From Callorhinchus milii (lineage: Eukaryota), in the NCBI RefSeq assembly GCF_018977255.1, contig NW_024704743.1, positions 15,130,001 through 15,194,000 of the forward strand: 64,000 nucleotides of DNA, read 5' to 3'. A program made the position numbers and the translations under genes. This document shows, one piece after another, positions 23,306 to 36,180 of the stretch. Position 1 is the first letter of the stretch. The number at the start of each line of letters is the position of its first letter. The notes beneath the pieces are model-generated. The model ran no database searches, had not been told where the DNA came from, and saw only the letters and a program-made list of their open reading frames with translations.

Positions 23306-26300
23306 ATAAGTGAAGCAGAGCTATATTGAAGGGCATGATAACAGGTTCTATTGTGTTAAGTGGGCTCACAGAAGTAAATTGAAGTTGGAACTGAAGTAGC
23401 CACATAAAATAGCCAAAACAAACGGAAAGGAGCTTTGTTCCACAGACAAATAAGCCATGCAAGAATGGGTTATTGACAGGCTAGGGGAAAAAAACATGAG
23501 CAAGGATCGAAGAATCAATTCAAAGTTGCTGTAGTGTTTTCATGCCACTGATATCCAGGGCTATTCAGACTTTAATGAGATGCATTTTATATTAAATTTC
23601 CGTGCTTTGTCTGTTTTGGGCTTAACCAAATTAATTGAGAATGCAATGATGTTAATTGATAATTTGTAGTGTAGATATGCTCATTGTATTTATTCCATTA
23701 TTATATTTATTAGGCATCATTTCAAAATTTACTGTATAATTGATCACATCAGAAAATACTATAATGTCTATGGGAGAATAAGTTTAAGCTATGTCCTTCA
23801 GGAGTTATTCACCTGGAGTCTTGCAAATCTAGATCTTAAAATATGTTGCCTTTCATATTTTTATGTAACTCCCTGGCCAAACAGCCAAATAACTGTTGTA
23901 ATTTGCCTTTCACTGAGGAGCTAACCTCCATATAATAACATTCCAGTTTATTAATGATTAATTATTTAGGGTTATTAAATCAGGAGACCAAATTTTAGTT
24001 ATTTCCTGGATTATTCTGTGAAGAGGATTATGATGTAATAATAATAATCCTTGCATTTGATATAGCGTCTTATCCATATTTTGTGTTTGTATATATAATT
24101 CTAGCATACTCTAATCCAACCATAACCAGATTATCTTCCTCAAAAGTTAAAATAGAACAAAGGGCATTGTGAAGGCTTGGCCATTTTTTGGCACATTTAA
24201 TGTAGCTATTACCATTTTAGTTATGATTATGGTAATACTGAAAATATTAACTAACAAGACAAACAATGCTCATCTTTGAAAGTGGCAGAACTGGGCCGTG
24301 CTGGAAGGTAAATGTGCATAAAGTGTACCTGCTGAAAATATCAAATAGGACAGCTGTATGACTTTAGTGACATTCACAGATACAAGTTTTTCTGGAATTT
24401 GTTTTAAAGAAAAAAAATTAACACAATTTGATTTAACAGTTCTTATAATGTAATTAATGGGGAAGTACATTTATTTAAACGTTTAAATGTTAACCATTGC
24501 ATTTATTGAAATAATTTTATGGTAATCTTGTTAAGACCGAGTCTCCATTCCCTTCAGATTCTTTAAGGATGGTATCATTCTGGGTTACTATTCAGCCTCT
24601 GGCTGCACTGTGAGCGATAGCTCAATTGATGATGTTGGCACATGAGCACTGCTCATTGTTCAGCTCCAACATTTATATTTAAAAAATACCAGTGCTTTTT
24701 TTATATATATATATATATAAAATCTTTATTTATATAAGGTCATACCTTATAGTGAACCCCTCTGAAATCCTACTCTGGAATTAGGTTACAGAACTGATAA
24801 AGCAAGATGTACTGATCTCCTGTTTATGTCTCAAGCAGCAGGAGTGCTCATAAGGCGATTAATTACAGAGTTTTTATATTTCATAGAATGGAGCACTGCT
24901 TGTGAATGAGGACTCTTTCAGTTATATAAGGTTGTAATTGCATATGAATGTCTGTACACTAACTCCACTGATCAAATTGTTTAATTCAAGACATTTTATC
25001 TATTAATTGCAATGATGCACCGGTATCTAACCTAAATTAAATCAGGGATTGCTTATGAATGATGAAACAGAATCTCTCTTCCTGAGAATTTACAGTTTTT
25101 TTCAAAATAAAAGTACTAATGTATAATTCATATAAGCTTAGTTTTAAGAAAGGCCACAGAAATGAACCTCTATTTTCCCCACCACCCAAAAAGACATGAA
25201 ATTCCAACTAGTCTTAAGATGCAACACAATTTTGTTAAGAATTTTCTAATAATGTTGTGTAATCTAAAATTTGATAATTTGGAAGATGGTCATTTTAAGA
25301 CGTGAGGGAAATTCTTCAACAATTGAATGGGGAGGCTGTTGATATTCATTTCCCTTGTTAACATGGTGCCTTTCCTTTGTGCTGTAGAACATGGGAGGAG
25401 TTTGTAAGTGATACAACCATAGAGGGTTTATGTTGAATAACATTTTTGTGATAATTAAGCAAAGTTAAGTCGATAGGAAGGTCTGATTTTTTTTATCAGC
25501 TCTATTTCTATTCCTTGTAAAATATATTCTAAAAAACGAAGTGCTGACATTAAGACGCTTTTTTAAACAATCTCAGTAATCAGTTTTGTTTGTTATTGAA
25601 GGTAGTTATAAACTAAGAGATAATGCATCAACTATCTACTCATTTCTCTCACACTAGCCCAGTTCTGTCATTATCCAGGTTGAACATCTGCCAAGGATCA
25701 CTTACTGATTTAAAAACATTAAATTAACCAGAATGTGTGGGAGAACACCAAAGGATGTTGACTCTTTCAGTATTAATGAGTTGCGTATTCTGAACAGCTC
25801 AGAAGCTTAAACGGGAGCTGTTTCAAACTAAGACACACATTAATTTGTTGTCTTCCTTGGATCTTCTATGTATTATTATTATTATCTTCTGTGTCAATTG
25901 GCCTTTGTAAAATATTGAACAAAAAAGTGCATTATTATATTTGCTAAATTATGTTTGTTTTTAGTATTGTCTATTAATAATTGTCAGAACTGAAAAAGTC
26001 TGCCTTTTAATAACAAAATATATAGTGCTGTGATAGATTCTTGTCTAATTTGCAGTTGTAGACAGCATTTTTTGTGATGATAAAATAATAATAAAAATAA
26101 TCCTTGCATTTGATATAGTGCATTATCACGTCTTCAAGGCCTCTCTAAGCGCTTCACAGAATATACTATAAAGAGAATTGACTGTTTTGTGGGCAAAATG
26201 CAGCAGCCAATTGTGCACAGCAGTGTCCCACAAACAGTTGTGGATTGAATGACCCAAATTCTTTTTGAGGGATTATTACTTCTGGAAAGCGATCCATCCG

Positions 26301-26414
26301 CGAATCAACTAGCAACCAGGCTCCTACTTACTGCTAGGTAAGTAGAGGCGCGTGAAGTATGGAAACCTACCCAACGTTTCGCCCTGCCCGGGAATCGAAC
26401 ATGGATCCTCTCAC

Positions 26415-26463
26415 TTGCTTCTTGGCCTTTTGGCTAAGATCGAGTGTAGTATCTGTTTGTATC
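26415..26463 (+). pseudogene. 3'-truncated U2 snRNA fragment (about nt 2-50)
   Basis: ttgcttcttggccttttggctaagatcgagtgtagtatctgtttgtatc versus U2 ATCGCTTCTCGGCCTTTTGGCTAAGATCAAGTGTAGTATCTGTTCTTATC; includes the GTAGTA branch-point recognition sequence; two differences are CpG decay. Confidence 0.9.
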
Positions 26464-26819
26464 CATTACTCCTTGGGGATGTGCCTGCCAGAAAGATCTC
26501 CTATTCAGATTCGCTTGCGTTTACATGTCCACTACTGAATCTTTCCACAATGATTTATAGCAGGATTGAGCTCCTGGCAGGAGCTATGTCTTTGGCCTGC
26601 TGTTGGCTTGTCTGGCCAGAGAGGTAATCCAGTCATCTGACTTGCTCGGGTTGTTGTGAAAACAAGTATCGGGTCCGCACCGTTCTTTGACAAGAGAGTT
26701 TGGGGAAGAATGTGGTTGTCTGTGGGACTACCCTCATTCATTTGAGAAATGTGTTTCGGTCTAATTTGGCTTACAATGGATGAGAGGCACCTAACCTTAA
26801 CCATCAAAAAAAACATGAT

Positions 26820-27190
26820 ACTTCAGTATCCAAATCAGATTGAGTTTCATGTATGCCTTCTGTGTATAAAACTTTGTATCTAGAATGCAGTGTGCACCCT
26901 CCATCAGAGGGATACACACCCTGCTTACCTAATTCTGTAGAGTATTACAACATAATACAAATTTACATTCGCACAATGCCTTTCACATCAGGAGTGCAGA
27001 TTTGCAAGAACCAAGGCTTGTGCGTTGAGGTACTGCTGGAGTTTAACCAGCTAAAGCTATATTGTGCTTGAAAAAGCACTTTCTTGCAAACTTTCCTCTG
27101 TTTGTCCAGCTTGAACCGCTTTCTTATTATGGCTTTGACTTGCAGGGTTAAGAGGAGCTGAGTGGGAAGAATCCCTGCCGGCAATCTGAT
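26820..27190. repeat. Unclassified old interspersed repeat; homologous copies at 29800-29982 (inverted), 36243-36305 and 38100-38640
   Basis: Shared blocks: tatccaaa..a.a.tgag..t.catg.at; ctgcttacctaattc; ttgtccagct; ggctttg.cttgcagggttaa. Confidence 0.7.
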
Positions 27191-27616
27191 TTTAGCAGAA
27201 TATGAAGCAGAGGTAAAGTGTGTTCTCACAATACTCTGGTCAGATGTAGTGGAATCATTGTACACAAGGAGATCCTGCAATCTTTTTTTCCCAACTTCAA
27301 AACGGAGATTTGCTGTTCTTGTTTTTCTTTTTTTTAAATCCCTGTTTTGCTTTTTTTTAATCCCTTTGACTGTTGTATTCTAGCCCTCAGGCTGTTGCAC
27401 ATTTTGCAATACACAGTTAATGCAGTATTTTTCAATGAACATTAAGAAACGTAGGAATGGAATGATTACATTCCCTATGTGATCTATAGATTGGGAGGAA
27501 TTTGCCCAGAACTTCCCTGTCAAAAATGTGCATTGGTTGTCTGGGTATATTCAGGCTGGACTTTTAGTTTTTAATAAATTATCGCATGAAAATTGTCACC
27601 ATACATTTCTTGTACA

Positions 27617-28425
27617 GTCCTGCATGAGAGCTAACTTCCTGCAGTTGAATTTCAACAACACCATACTTCAGGCGCTGACAACATCTCCCTCTATGGATGC
27701 ACTCTACATCTCATGGAACCAATACGGAACCTCGGTGTCCTGTTCGATGCTCAACTGTCCTTCATATCCCACATACTTGCCATGACCCACTCTACCTTTC
27801 CCCACCTCTGCAACATTGCTCGATTCCGTCACTGTCTCACACCGCAGATCGCAGAGACCCTCATACACGCTTTCATAACATCCAGGCTCGACTACGCAAA
27901 CTCCCTGCTTGTCAGCCTCCCCAACTCCTCCCTTCATAGGCTGCAGATCATCTAGAATTCTGCAGCCTGTGTCCTCTCCCATACCAGGCTCCACGACCCT
28001 ATCACACCCACCCTCGCTCGACTTCATTGGCTTCCCATCACACAGAGGTTACAGTTCAAGATCCTGACGCTCACTTTCAAATCCCTCCATGGCCTTGCTC
28101 CCCACTACCTCTGCAACTTAATCACCTACCAACCTGCTCGCTCCGCCCGCTCAGTGGGCTCCAGCCTGCTTCACATCACCTGCCTCACCATTGGTGGGTG
28201 GGTTTTCAGCCACTCTGCCTCTCTGGAACTCCATCCCGCAATCCCTCCGCCTCGCCCGTTCCCTTGCTTCCTTTAAGACCCGTCTCTTCGACCATTCCTT
28301 TGGTCACCCCCTTCCCCCCACCCTCCCCAATCCCGACCCCCCAACTCGGGTCCAAAACACTGATTGTCCAGCGCCTTGGGATGTCCTCCTAACGTGAAAG
28401 GCGCTTTACAAATATAATGTTCTTG
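27617..28425 (+). mobile_element. L2 LINE 3' fragment
   Basis: RNLGVLFDAQLSF, ETLIHAFITSRLDYANSLL; 3' tail. Confidence 0.88.
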
Positions 28426-30939
28426 TGTTTGTACTTGATATTTTAAGAGCTCTCCTTGGTCCTGAAGAGTTCTGTTAGTATTCATAAACCATTCTACATC
28501 TGTGATTTATTTTAATCTAACCTGCTGTAAATCTTAGTGAAGTATATCATTAAGGTTAGCACTATTTTATACAGTGGTTACTGCTATGTATATAATAGTT
28601 TGACATCTTTATCACTCATTTCAACCAGATGTGTTTTCTGCCCTGTATAATCTTGAACTTGCTTTCTTGACATATATGAAAGTATTATTCCGGTGTAACG
28701 GAGCTTGGTATTTTATACCCAATGCTTCAGTGATCAGAATCGGGGCTTTTTGAGTCTGGAAGACAAAACGATATCCTGTTCATATTGACAAATTTAAAAT
28801 ACGCACTTCTCAAAATAAATTTTAAATATCTAATGGACACAAGCATATATTTTGACGATACCCAAAGCTTTAAATTAAGTTGGAGTCATAATACATAAAA
28901 TGTTGGCGCTTACGGTTTGAGCAAAGGAGCGAGCTGACCACTTTTTGTTGCAAGTCCCTCCAAGGTGCAACTCTCCTGCCTGCTGAAACACCTTGTGTTT
29001 TAACCCCTTGTATTCTCACACTCACAAAGTTACAGACGATGAGTTTTCATTCAAACCAGGCCCCCTTCAGCCAACAACATCATCCTTTAACAGAGAATGA
29101 GACAGTTCCTGCTACCTGTGGGGTGTAAATGACCAAAACAATACTGCACAACATTCTAAAGGACATTCAGTCTCCATTAAAAAAATCTTCAATCGAGTTT
29201 GCAGGTTCCCTGGTCATGATGTCACCACTGCCACTGGATTTCCTTTTCCATTCTGTTAGACAACTTCCACTGAGGGGTTTCTTGTCGAGACTGAAGAACC
29301 CTTAATTATTTAGTGGTTTCTCACAGCTCAGCCCTCTTAACACTTGGGATCAGCATTGTTTTTTGCTTCTCTATATTGATGCTAGTTTTAAATGTATCTT
29401 GGCACATTACCAAATCATAATTTTCTTCCTGCCTGCTCTGTCTAGTGTCTGATTGTTGAGAGCAGTGTTACCAAAGTGTGTGACAATAGCCTCAAGCAGA
29501 AAAATGTGCGTTACTGTGTCAAAATGCCTGTACTATTCAAGGGAGCCTATCTTGTCCTGGAACTGAGTTTGCTTTATTAATCCTAATAATAATCCTTGCA
29601 ATTGGTATACCACCTTTCACGTCAGGAGTGTGTCTCAGCGCGCTTCAGAGGATATAATGTAAACTGTAATGACTGTTTTGTGAGTGAACAATATATAGAA
29701 AATTATGACTGCCAGAAGCTGTCGGGGACCTTCTGATTTGCATCTTTTTCCATTCTCGTTCCAGTACAATGTTTTTCTTCTCTCTACTGAGGTTTTTCTG
29801 TGTTGGATTCCAGCAATACCCCAATGCACACTCCCAGGGAGAGAGTGCGCATTCCATTCCAACAATTTATCTCTGGGATTTCCATGTGTAGGTGGGATGC
29901 ATGGAATTCTCAGCTTTGTTTGGATACTTTTAAGCATGCTGATGGGTTTATGGATGTGTCAGACACCCAGCTGACCAGAAATCTAATAGTATATTGCCAA
30001 AGCACCTACTTTTTCCTTCAACAGTTTTCTCCTCCAAGTGTTACTTCTCTTGAAGGGTTTTGACCTATTTTTCCTTTTGCTGGATATGATTCTATGGCAG
30101 TTGTTTGGCCACTCTTTTTTGTTAATCTATGCTGAAGATTTTGTAACCAGGGATATTGCATTTCCATTCCCTCCCTAAATAAAGCAAAGTTTGTGTCAAC
30201 GCTGTAAGCGACCTCAACTGTTATTCTTTTTGCAATCGGCTAACTCAGCAAATACAGAATGCAACCTTCTCATCTGTAGGTCTTGCCTTGGTGCTGATAT
30301 CTTTCCTCACTCGGCCTTTAGGGAAGTACCCATTCTTCATGTGTCAGTCTAGCAGTGATTGTGACAGGTTTAAGCACCTGGGGGGAGAGGGAGAGGAGAA
30401 TCGCAGTCAAACTGATACTGTCCTTTAATGTGCTGAGTTTCCTGCAGGGGTGACTGATTACAGATCAGGAGTACGTAACCTAACTGAATTTTATTTCTTC
30501 CCTTACCTGAGGGGCATTGAAGCCAGTTATAGCAAGTCTACAGTCCAGGTTCATTTCAATTTGCACAGTACAGCCCTCTGATCAATCCCGGGGCCCTGGT
30601 CAGTACTACTCGTTCCACAATGTAATATGAATTGATAAATCAGTTATTTTGAGATCTGTTTCTTTTGATGGCTGTTGTTGTGTAACATGATAGTTGGGTC
30701 GTTATTACCTGTCTCACACCATTGGCTAAGAAACTCCCAAACATTTACCAACAGCAGCACTATCCATGAATTTAAAAGCAGCTCTCAAACTCATTATTTT
30801 ACATTGGCATTTCAAAATCGTTATCACTGGGGTAAATTGCAGTCTTCAGTTAACCCACAAGAGAAGTAAGACATCTAGTCAAAACTGGGTTATTTTGTAT
30901 TGTTAATCATCATATTCCTTCATACTGGGTTGTTGTACA

Positions 30940-31740
30940 TAGAGTAATATGGCACTCGGCCCAACTAGTCTATGCCGGTGTTTATACACAAGCACCTATC
31001 TTTCCTTTTCCTACACCCATCTGTTCCCTTCTCCCTCTCTCTCATTTATGCACCAGCTCAGGTGCCCATTCAGCACTATGGAGTGCTTTGAAAGTCCTCC
31101 AGAAGTGAAATGTGCTATATAAATGTGGATTGAATTGTGTGCATCAAGTGTTCTCTTAAATAAATTGATACTATTTGCTTCAATTACACCTTCCAGCATT
31201 ATATACCACATTTTCACTACCCTTTGAATGATGATGTTCCTCCTAAACTCTTTTAGATCTACCATCAGTTATATTTATGTGTTCCAGTTATGGATTCACA
31301 AACAGGTGGAAGTAGCCTATCAGCATTAACCTTATCAAGTCCTTTCATAATTTTGAGCAAAAAAAAAATAGAGGGATTAGGGGATATGGGGATAGGGCAG
31401 GTAATTAGAGATAGGTTTGAAGATCAGCCATGATCTTATCGAATGGCGGGGCAGGCTCGAGGGGCCGAATGGCCTACTCCTGCTCCTAATTCTTATGTTC
31501 TTATTATTGGGCACCTCTTTCATCTCAACTCTGAAGAGAAAAGCTGCAACTTGTCCAGTCTTTCCTGTTACCTTTATCTAATCATCCCTGGTAACATCCT
31601 TGCAAATCCACACTCTTTCTAACACTATAATATCTTTTATGGAATATGGTGACCAGAACTGTACCCAGTACTCGAAATGAGGTCTAAACAAAGTTTATAT
31701 AATTTTGCATCACTTCCCTAATTTTATACTGTTTCCCTGG
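30940..31740 (-). mobile_element. Old CR1 3' fragment with a younger CR1 3' end inserted (~31370-31505, +)
   Basis: RRNIIIQRVVKMW..EANSINLFKRTLD; the inserted piece ends ggccgaatggcctactcctgctcct plus a ttcttat repeat. Confidence 0.65.
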
Positions 31741-31748
31741 ATGCAAAC

Positions 31749-33492
31749 CACTGGTTCTCAAAACAAATATTTTTAGTGGCCTCAGTGTGCGGCCCCCGAC
31801 ACTTAATGGTAGCCACAGTGCGAGTTTTTCCTAAAAATACTTAATCATAAGAAAAATAAAACAGTAACCTGTAGACTGGACAGGTTGCAGCTTTATATAG
31901 CACATATGCACATCTCAAATGTTTTTTCTTTCTGTAATTTGACAAGCCACACTTGAGAAAACAGTTTTTTCATGTACCCTTTTTCGACATATGGAAGACA
32001 TGTAAGAAGTTGGCTGACTCGATCTGCATAACAAAGGCCAACGAGACCAGTGAGATTCGCTTCAATTCTGTACTGCACCTTTCCTTACCATCAATCTTAA
32101 GCTTTCAATCAAACGTGCAGCACTTCAGATGATATTAGTCGATGTGAATGAGGGACCAGAGTTGTCTGTACAGTTGTAATCGGCTCAGTGGTTAAGAGTC
32201 ATTATGTTAACCAACTTGCAGTTGCTTTGCATGACCAGCACTGTATTTAAACTAAATAATAATAATAATAATAATCCTTGCATTTGATATAGCGCATTTC
32301 ACGTCGGGAAGACGTCCCAAAGCGCTTCACAGAACACACTGTGAAGTGAATTGACTGTATATTTGTGGGCAAACGCGGCAGCCAAATGCGCACAGCAATA
32401 TCCCACAAACAGTCATAGATTGAAAATGACCAATTTATTATTGTTTTTTGGGGGTTTTGGAGGGATTATTATTAGGCGTGTGGAGTAAGAAAACTTGCCC
32501 AAGGTTTCGCCCTGCCTGGAATTGAACTCGGGTCTCTCGCTTGCAAAGCGAGTGCACTAACCACTGAACTACAGGACTCCACAAAGCTGGCCAATAGCAG
32601 CTGCACATCTCACGAGGCATTGGAAACTTAGAGAAAAAGAACATCTTACTGACGGGAAGGATTTTTTAAAAATTCCAGAAATCCTTCACCATATCTTGTC
32701 CTCACCCCCAACCCTTGGTTCCCAAATCCAGCTTCTCTTCTCCCCATTATCATGTCAATTTACCTCAGTAGCAACGGAAATCCCAGTTTAAATGCAGTAA
32801 TGTTTTTCAAATCTATAAATGGAAATAACCAGGACTTTAAATTCTGCAATTTGCAGCATTCTGGCAATACTGGCATTTTTTTTAAAACAATACAAACATT
32901 AACCAAGAACGATGCATTTCTTCCCCTCCACTTCTCCAAAAACTTCTCCTGCTCTCCCATCACTCCACCCACCTCTCTCTAGTAGACCACCATGGATCTC
33001 TCTCCTCGACCCTGATACATTTGCATAGCACCTTTCATGTTGGGAGGATGTCCCAAGATGTTGGACAGTCAGGGATTTGGACCCAAGCTGGGGGTTGGAT
33101 CAGTAGTGAGGGTAGGGGTAGGAGGGTGACCGAAGGTGTGATTGAAGAAGAGGGTCTTGATATGTGCCTTGAAATACGTAAGGGAGGGAGCAAAATGAAG
33201 GGAGTGTGGGATTGAGTTCCAAAGGGTGGGGGCAAAGGGGCTGAAAGCCCGATTGCCGATGGTGGGGCTGACCGTTGACGACAACAAAAACTTTAAAATA
33301 TATATATATATACATGCACCAAATAGAGCAATGAACAAGGCTTAAAAACACACACGCACAGAAACTTGGTCTTCAAAGTTTTCTCTCACTCAAACTCAGC
33401 TTGGCTGACAGACTGGAAGCGAGCACCAAACTTTCCGGGGGGCTGCTGTGGCCCCACAAAATCATGTGGATGGTAGCATTTGAGAACTGCTG
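31749..33492 (-). mobile_element. Putative hAT-Charlie-type DNA transposon fossil with nested SINE (32255-32580) and L2 (33017-33275)
   Basis: Imperfect TIRs cactggttctcaaa / tttgagaactgctg; minus-strand YMKKLFSQVWLVK resembles the hAT C-terminal dimerisation motif. No clear 8-bp TSD. Confidence 0.45.
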
Positions 33493-35337
33493 ACAAAACC
33501 CCAGGAAGTCTATTTGCACTCTTTGTGGCTTTGGCTACCTGTGCTGCAACTTTTAGAGTCCGTCAATCTGGAGCCCCAGATTCCTTTGCAGTTGTTCTCC
33601 CTTTTAGGTTCCTATTATCCAATGTATTTGGCTTCTTTATTCATCTTGCCAACATAGGAACATACGAATAAAAGTAGGCTAGTCAGCCCCTCGAGTGTGT
33701 CCCACCATTCTCCAAGACCATGACTGATCCGCAACTCAATTCCACCTCACTACCCTCTCTCCATATCCCCGATACCTCTGTCCATCAAGCATTTAAATAA
33801 TATATTCCTTGCATTTTGCAAGGCATTTTGTGGAGTCCTGTAGCTCAGTGGTTAGAGCACTCGCTTTGCAAGCGAGTCACCTGGGTTCAATTCCAGGCAG
33901 GGCAAAACCTTGGGCAAGTTTCCTCACTCCACACGCCTAATAATAATCCCTCCAAAACAAAACAATAATAATAAATTGGTCATTTTCAATCTACGACTGT
34001 TTGTGGGACATTGCTGTGCTCAATTGGCTGCCGCATTCACCCACAAATAAACAGTCAATTCACTTTACAGTGTGTTCTGTGAAGCGCTTTGGGACGTCCT
34101 CCGATGTGAAAAGCGCTATATCAAATGCAAGGATTATTATTATTATTTTATATAGCGTTTTTCATGTCATTGAGATGTCTCAACGTGCTTAACAGTATAT
34201 ACTGTAAAGTGGAGTAACTGTGTGTATTTTGCGGGTGAAACACGGCTGGCAGTTTGCGCACAGCAGTGTTCCATAACCAGCCATGGCGTGAGTGACCAAT
34301 TTTATTGGCCAGGACAACAGGAGAAATTCCCTACTCTTTTTGAATAGTGCCTTGGGGTCTTTAACATCCACCTCAACAGGTAAACGGGACCTTGGTTTAA
34401 CGTCTCATCCAAAGTACGGCACTACTAAAAATTAGGCAGTTCTGTCATTATCTAGAGTGGCATGATTTTATTATCAGATAAGAGTCCTTGGCTCTCCTTT
34501 TGACTCAGTAAGTAAATGAGTTGTTGGGTCTTGAACTAAATACATGATTGGAAGGTCACAGCTTCAATTCCTGGCCTGCACTGAGTTACCTGATCTCATA
34601 TTGAATGTCACTAAGGTTCCTTCAATTTGACTCTGCATCTTCAAGGAAGGGTTTCCAGTCCTAATTGCTGTTCAGTGGAGCCTTTTGAAAAGTGCACGTG
34701 TGGATTTCTGGTTAGGACAGGATTGGGCCTGTCTATGATGCATGTCATAATAAAATGGCCTGCTCTCTTACTTTATATTTTGAGATACCTCAGGGCTTGG
34801 GTGAGAGGCTGCAGAGCTTTTAGTGCCCATGAAATCCTATCCTATCAAAGGTCATTGCCTTGAGCAGAGAAAATTGAGAGGGAAAAGACAAATCGTCTCT
34901 GTTCTTAGGGGCACATAAATATCGGCATATTGTTTGGTGGCTGCGCTTTAGGAGAACACCGGGGCAGTGGTGCAGAGCAGTTGCCTTGGTGTCATTATTT
35001 GTGCATAAATAAAAAGGGCAGCAGTGAAGAGATAATCACCTCACTGGATATGGAACCTGAGAGAAGCTGGATGAACAGCTTTGTGACCTGATGTAAGCTG
35101 AAGCCAACCTCAGCATTTAATGTATGCAGCAGAGCACAGCTTTGCTTTATGAGGCAGAAATTCTATTCGTGTGGGGAATGTCTAATTTTCAGGTTTCGCA
35201 GCTGAGAAAGCAGCGCAATAAAAGTAAGATTTTAGCTCCGTTTTTTTGCAAATATATTTTGGAACTATAATATATGGTGACATTAAATTATCTAGTTTTA
35301 TTTCAACAAAGCTTGCACAATTTTTTAGATTATGGAA

Positions 35338-36180
35338 CGGGGGGAGGTTGGGATCAGGGAGAGTAAGAGGGTGGCTGAAGGCACGATCGAAGAGGCGGGT
35401 CTTGAGGCGTGCCTTAAAGGAGGCAAGGGAGGGAGCAAGGCGAAGCGAACATGGGATTGAGTTCCAAAAGGAGGGGGCAGAGAGGCTGAAGGCCTGTCCG
35501 CCGTTGGTAGGGCGGGCCAGGCGGGGGAAGTCAAGCAGGCCGGAGTCTGCTGAGCAGAGGGAGCGGACAGGTTGATATGGGGTTAGCAGGTCATAGAGGT
35601 TGGAAGGGGCAAAGCTGTAGAGGGCCTTGAAGACAAGGACAAGGATTTTAAACTCATATCCTTTGGAGGATGGGGAGCCAGTGGAGCCAGGTGAGGGTGG
35701 GGGTGATAGGGTCACGGAGCCTGGTGTGGGAAAGGACACAAGTTGCAGTTCTGGATGATCTGCAGCTTGTGGAGTGAAGAGTTAGGAAGGCCGACAAGCC
35801 GGGAATTGGCGTAGTTGAACCTAGATATGATGAATGCGTGGATGAGGGTTTTGGCATCCGGAGGGGTGAGGCAGGGGCAGAGCCGAGCAATGTTGCGGAG
35901 GTGGGAGAGCAGATCATGGCACGGATGTGAGGGAGAAAGGACAGCTGAGGGTCAAACAAGACACCAAGGTTCCGGACCGGCTCAGTGAGGTGGAGTGGGC
36001 ATTCTTGGATGGTGATGCTGTCAGTGCCTGAGGTGTGGAGGCGCTGACGGGAGCCAATCAGGAAAGCCTCGGTCTTGTGGACATTCAACTGTAGAAAGTT
36101 AGCTCTCATCCAGGACTTGATGTCTGACAGACATTCGGTCAGGACAGCAGTGGTCCTGGAGTCGAGGGTGGTGACAGAGA
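35338..36180 (-). mobile_element. L2 LINE ORF2 C-terminal fragment
   Basis: DIKSWMRANFLQLNVHKTE, RNLGVLFDPQLSF, LHWLP. Confidence 0.9.

Noticed and set aside
26398..26825. Target-site duplication around the U2 chimera (aacatggatcctctca / aacatgatacttca)
   Set aside because: Needs two gaps and a mismatch, and the two flanks belong to different repeats (SINE versus the unclassified repeat); likely coincidental.
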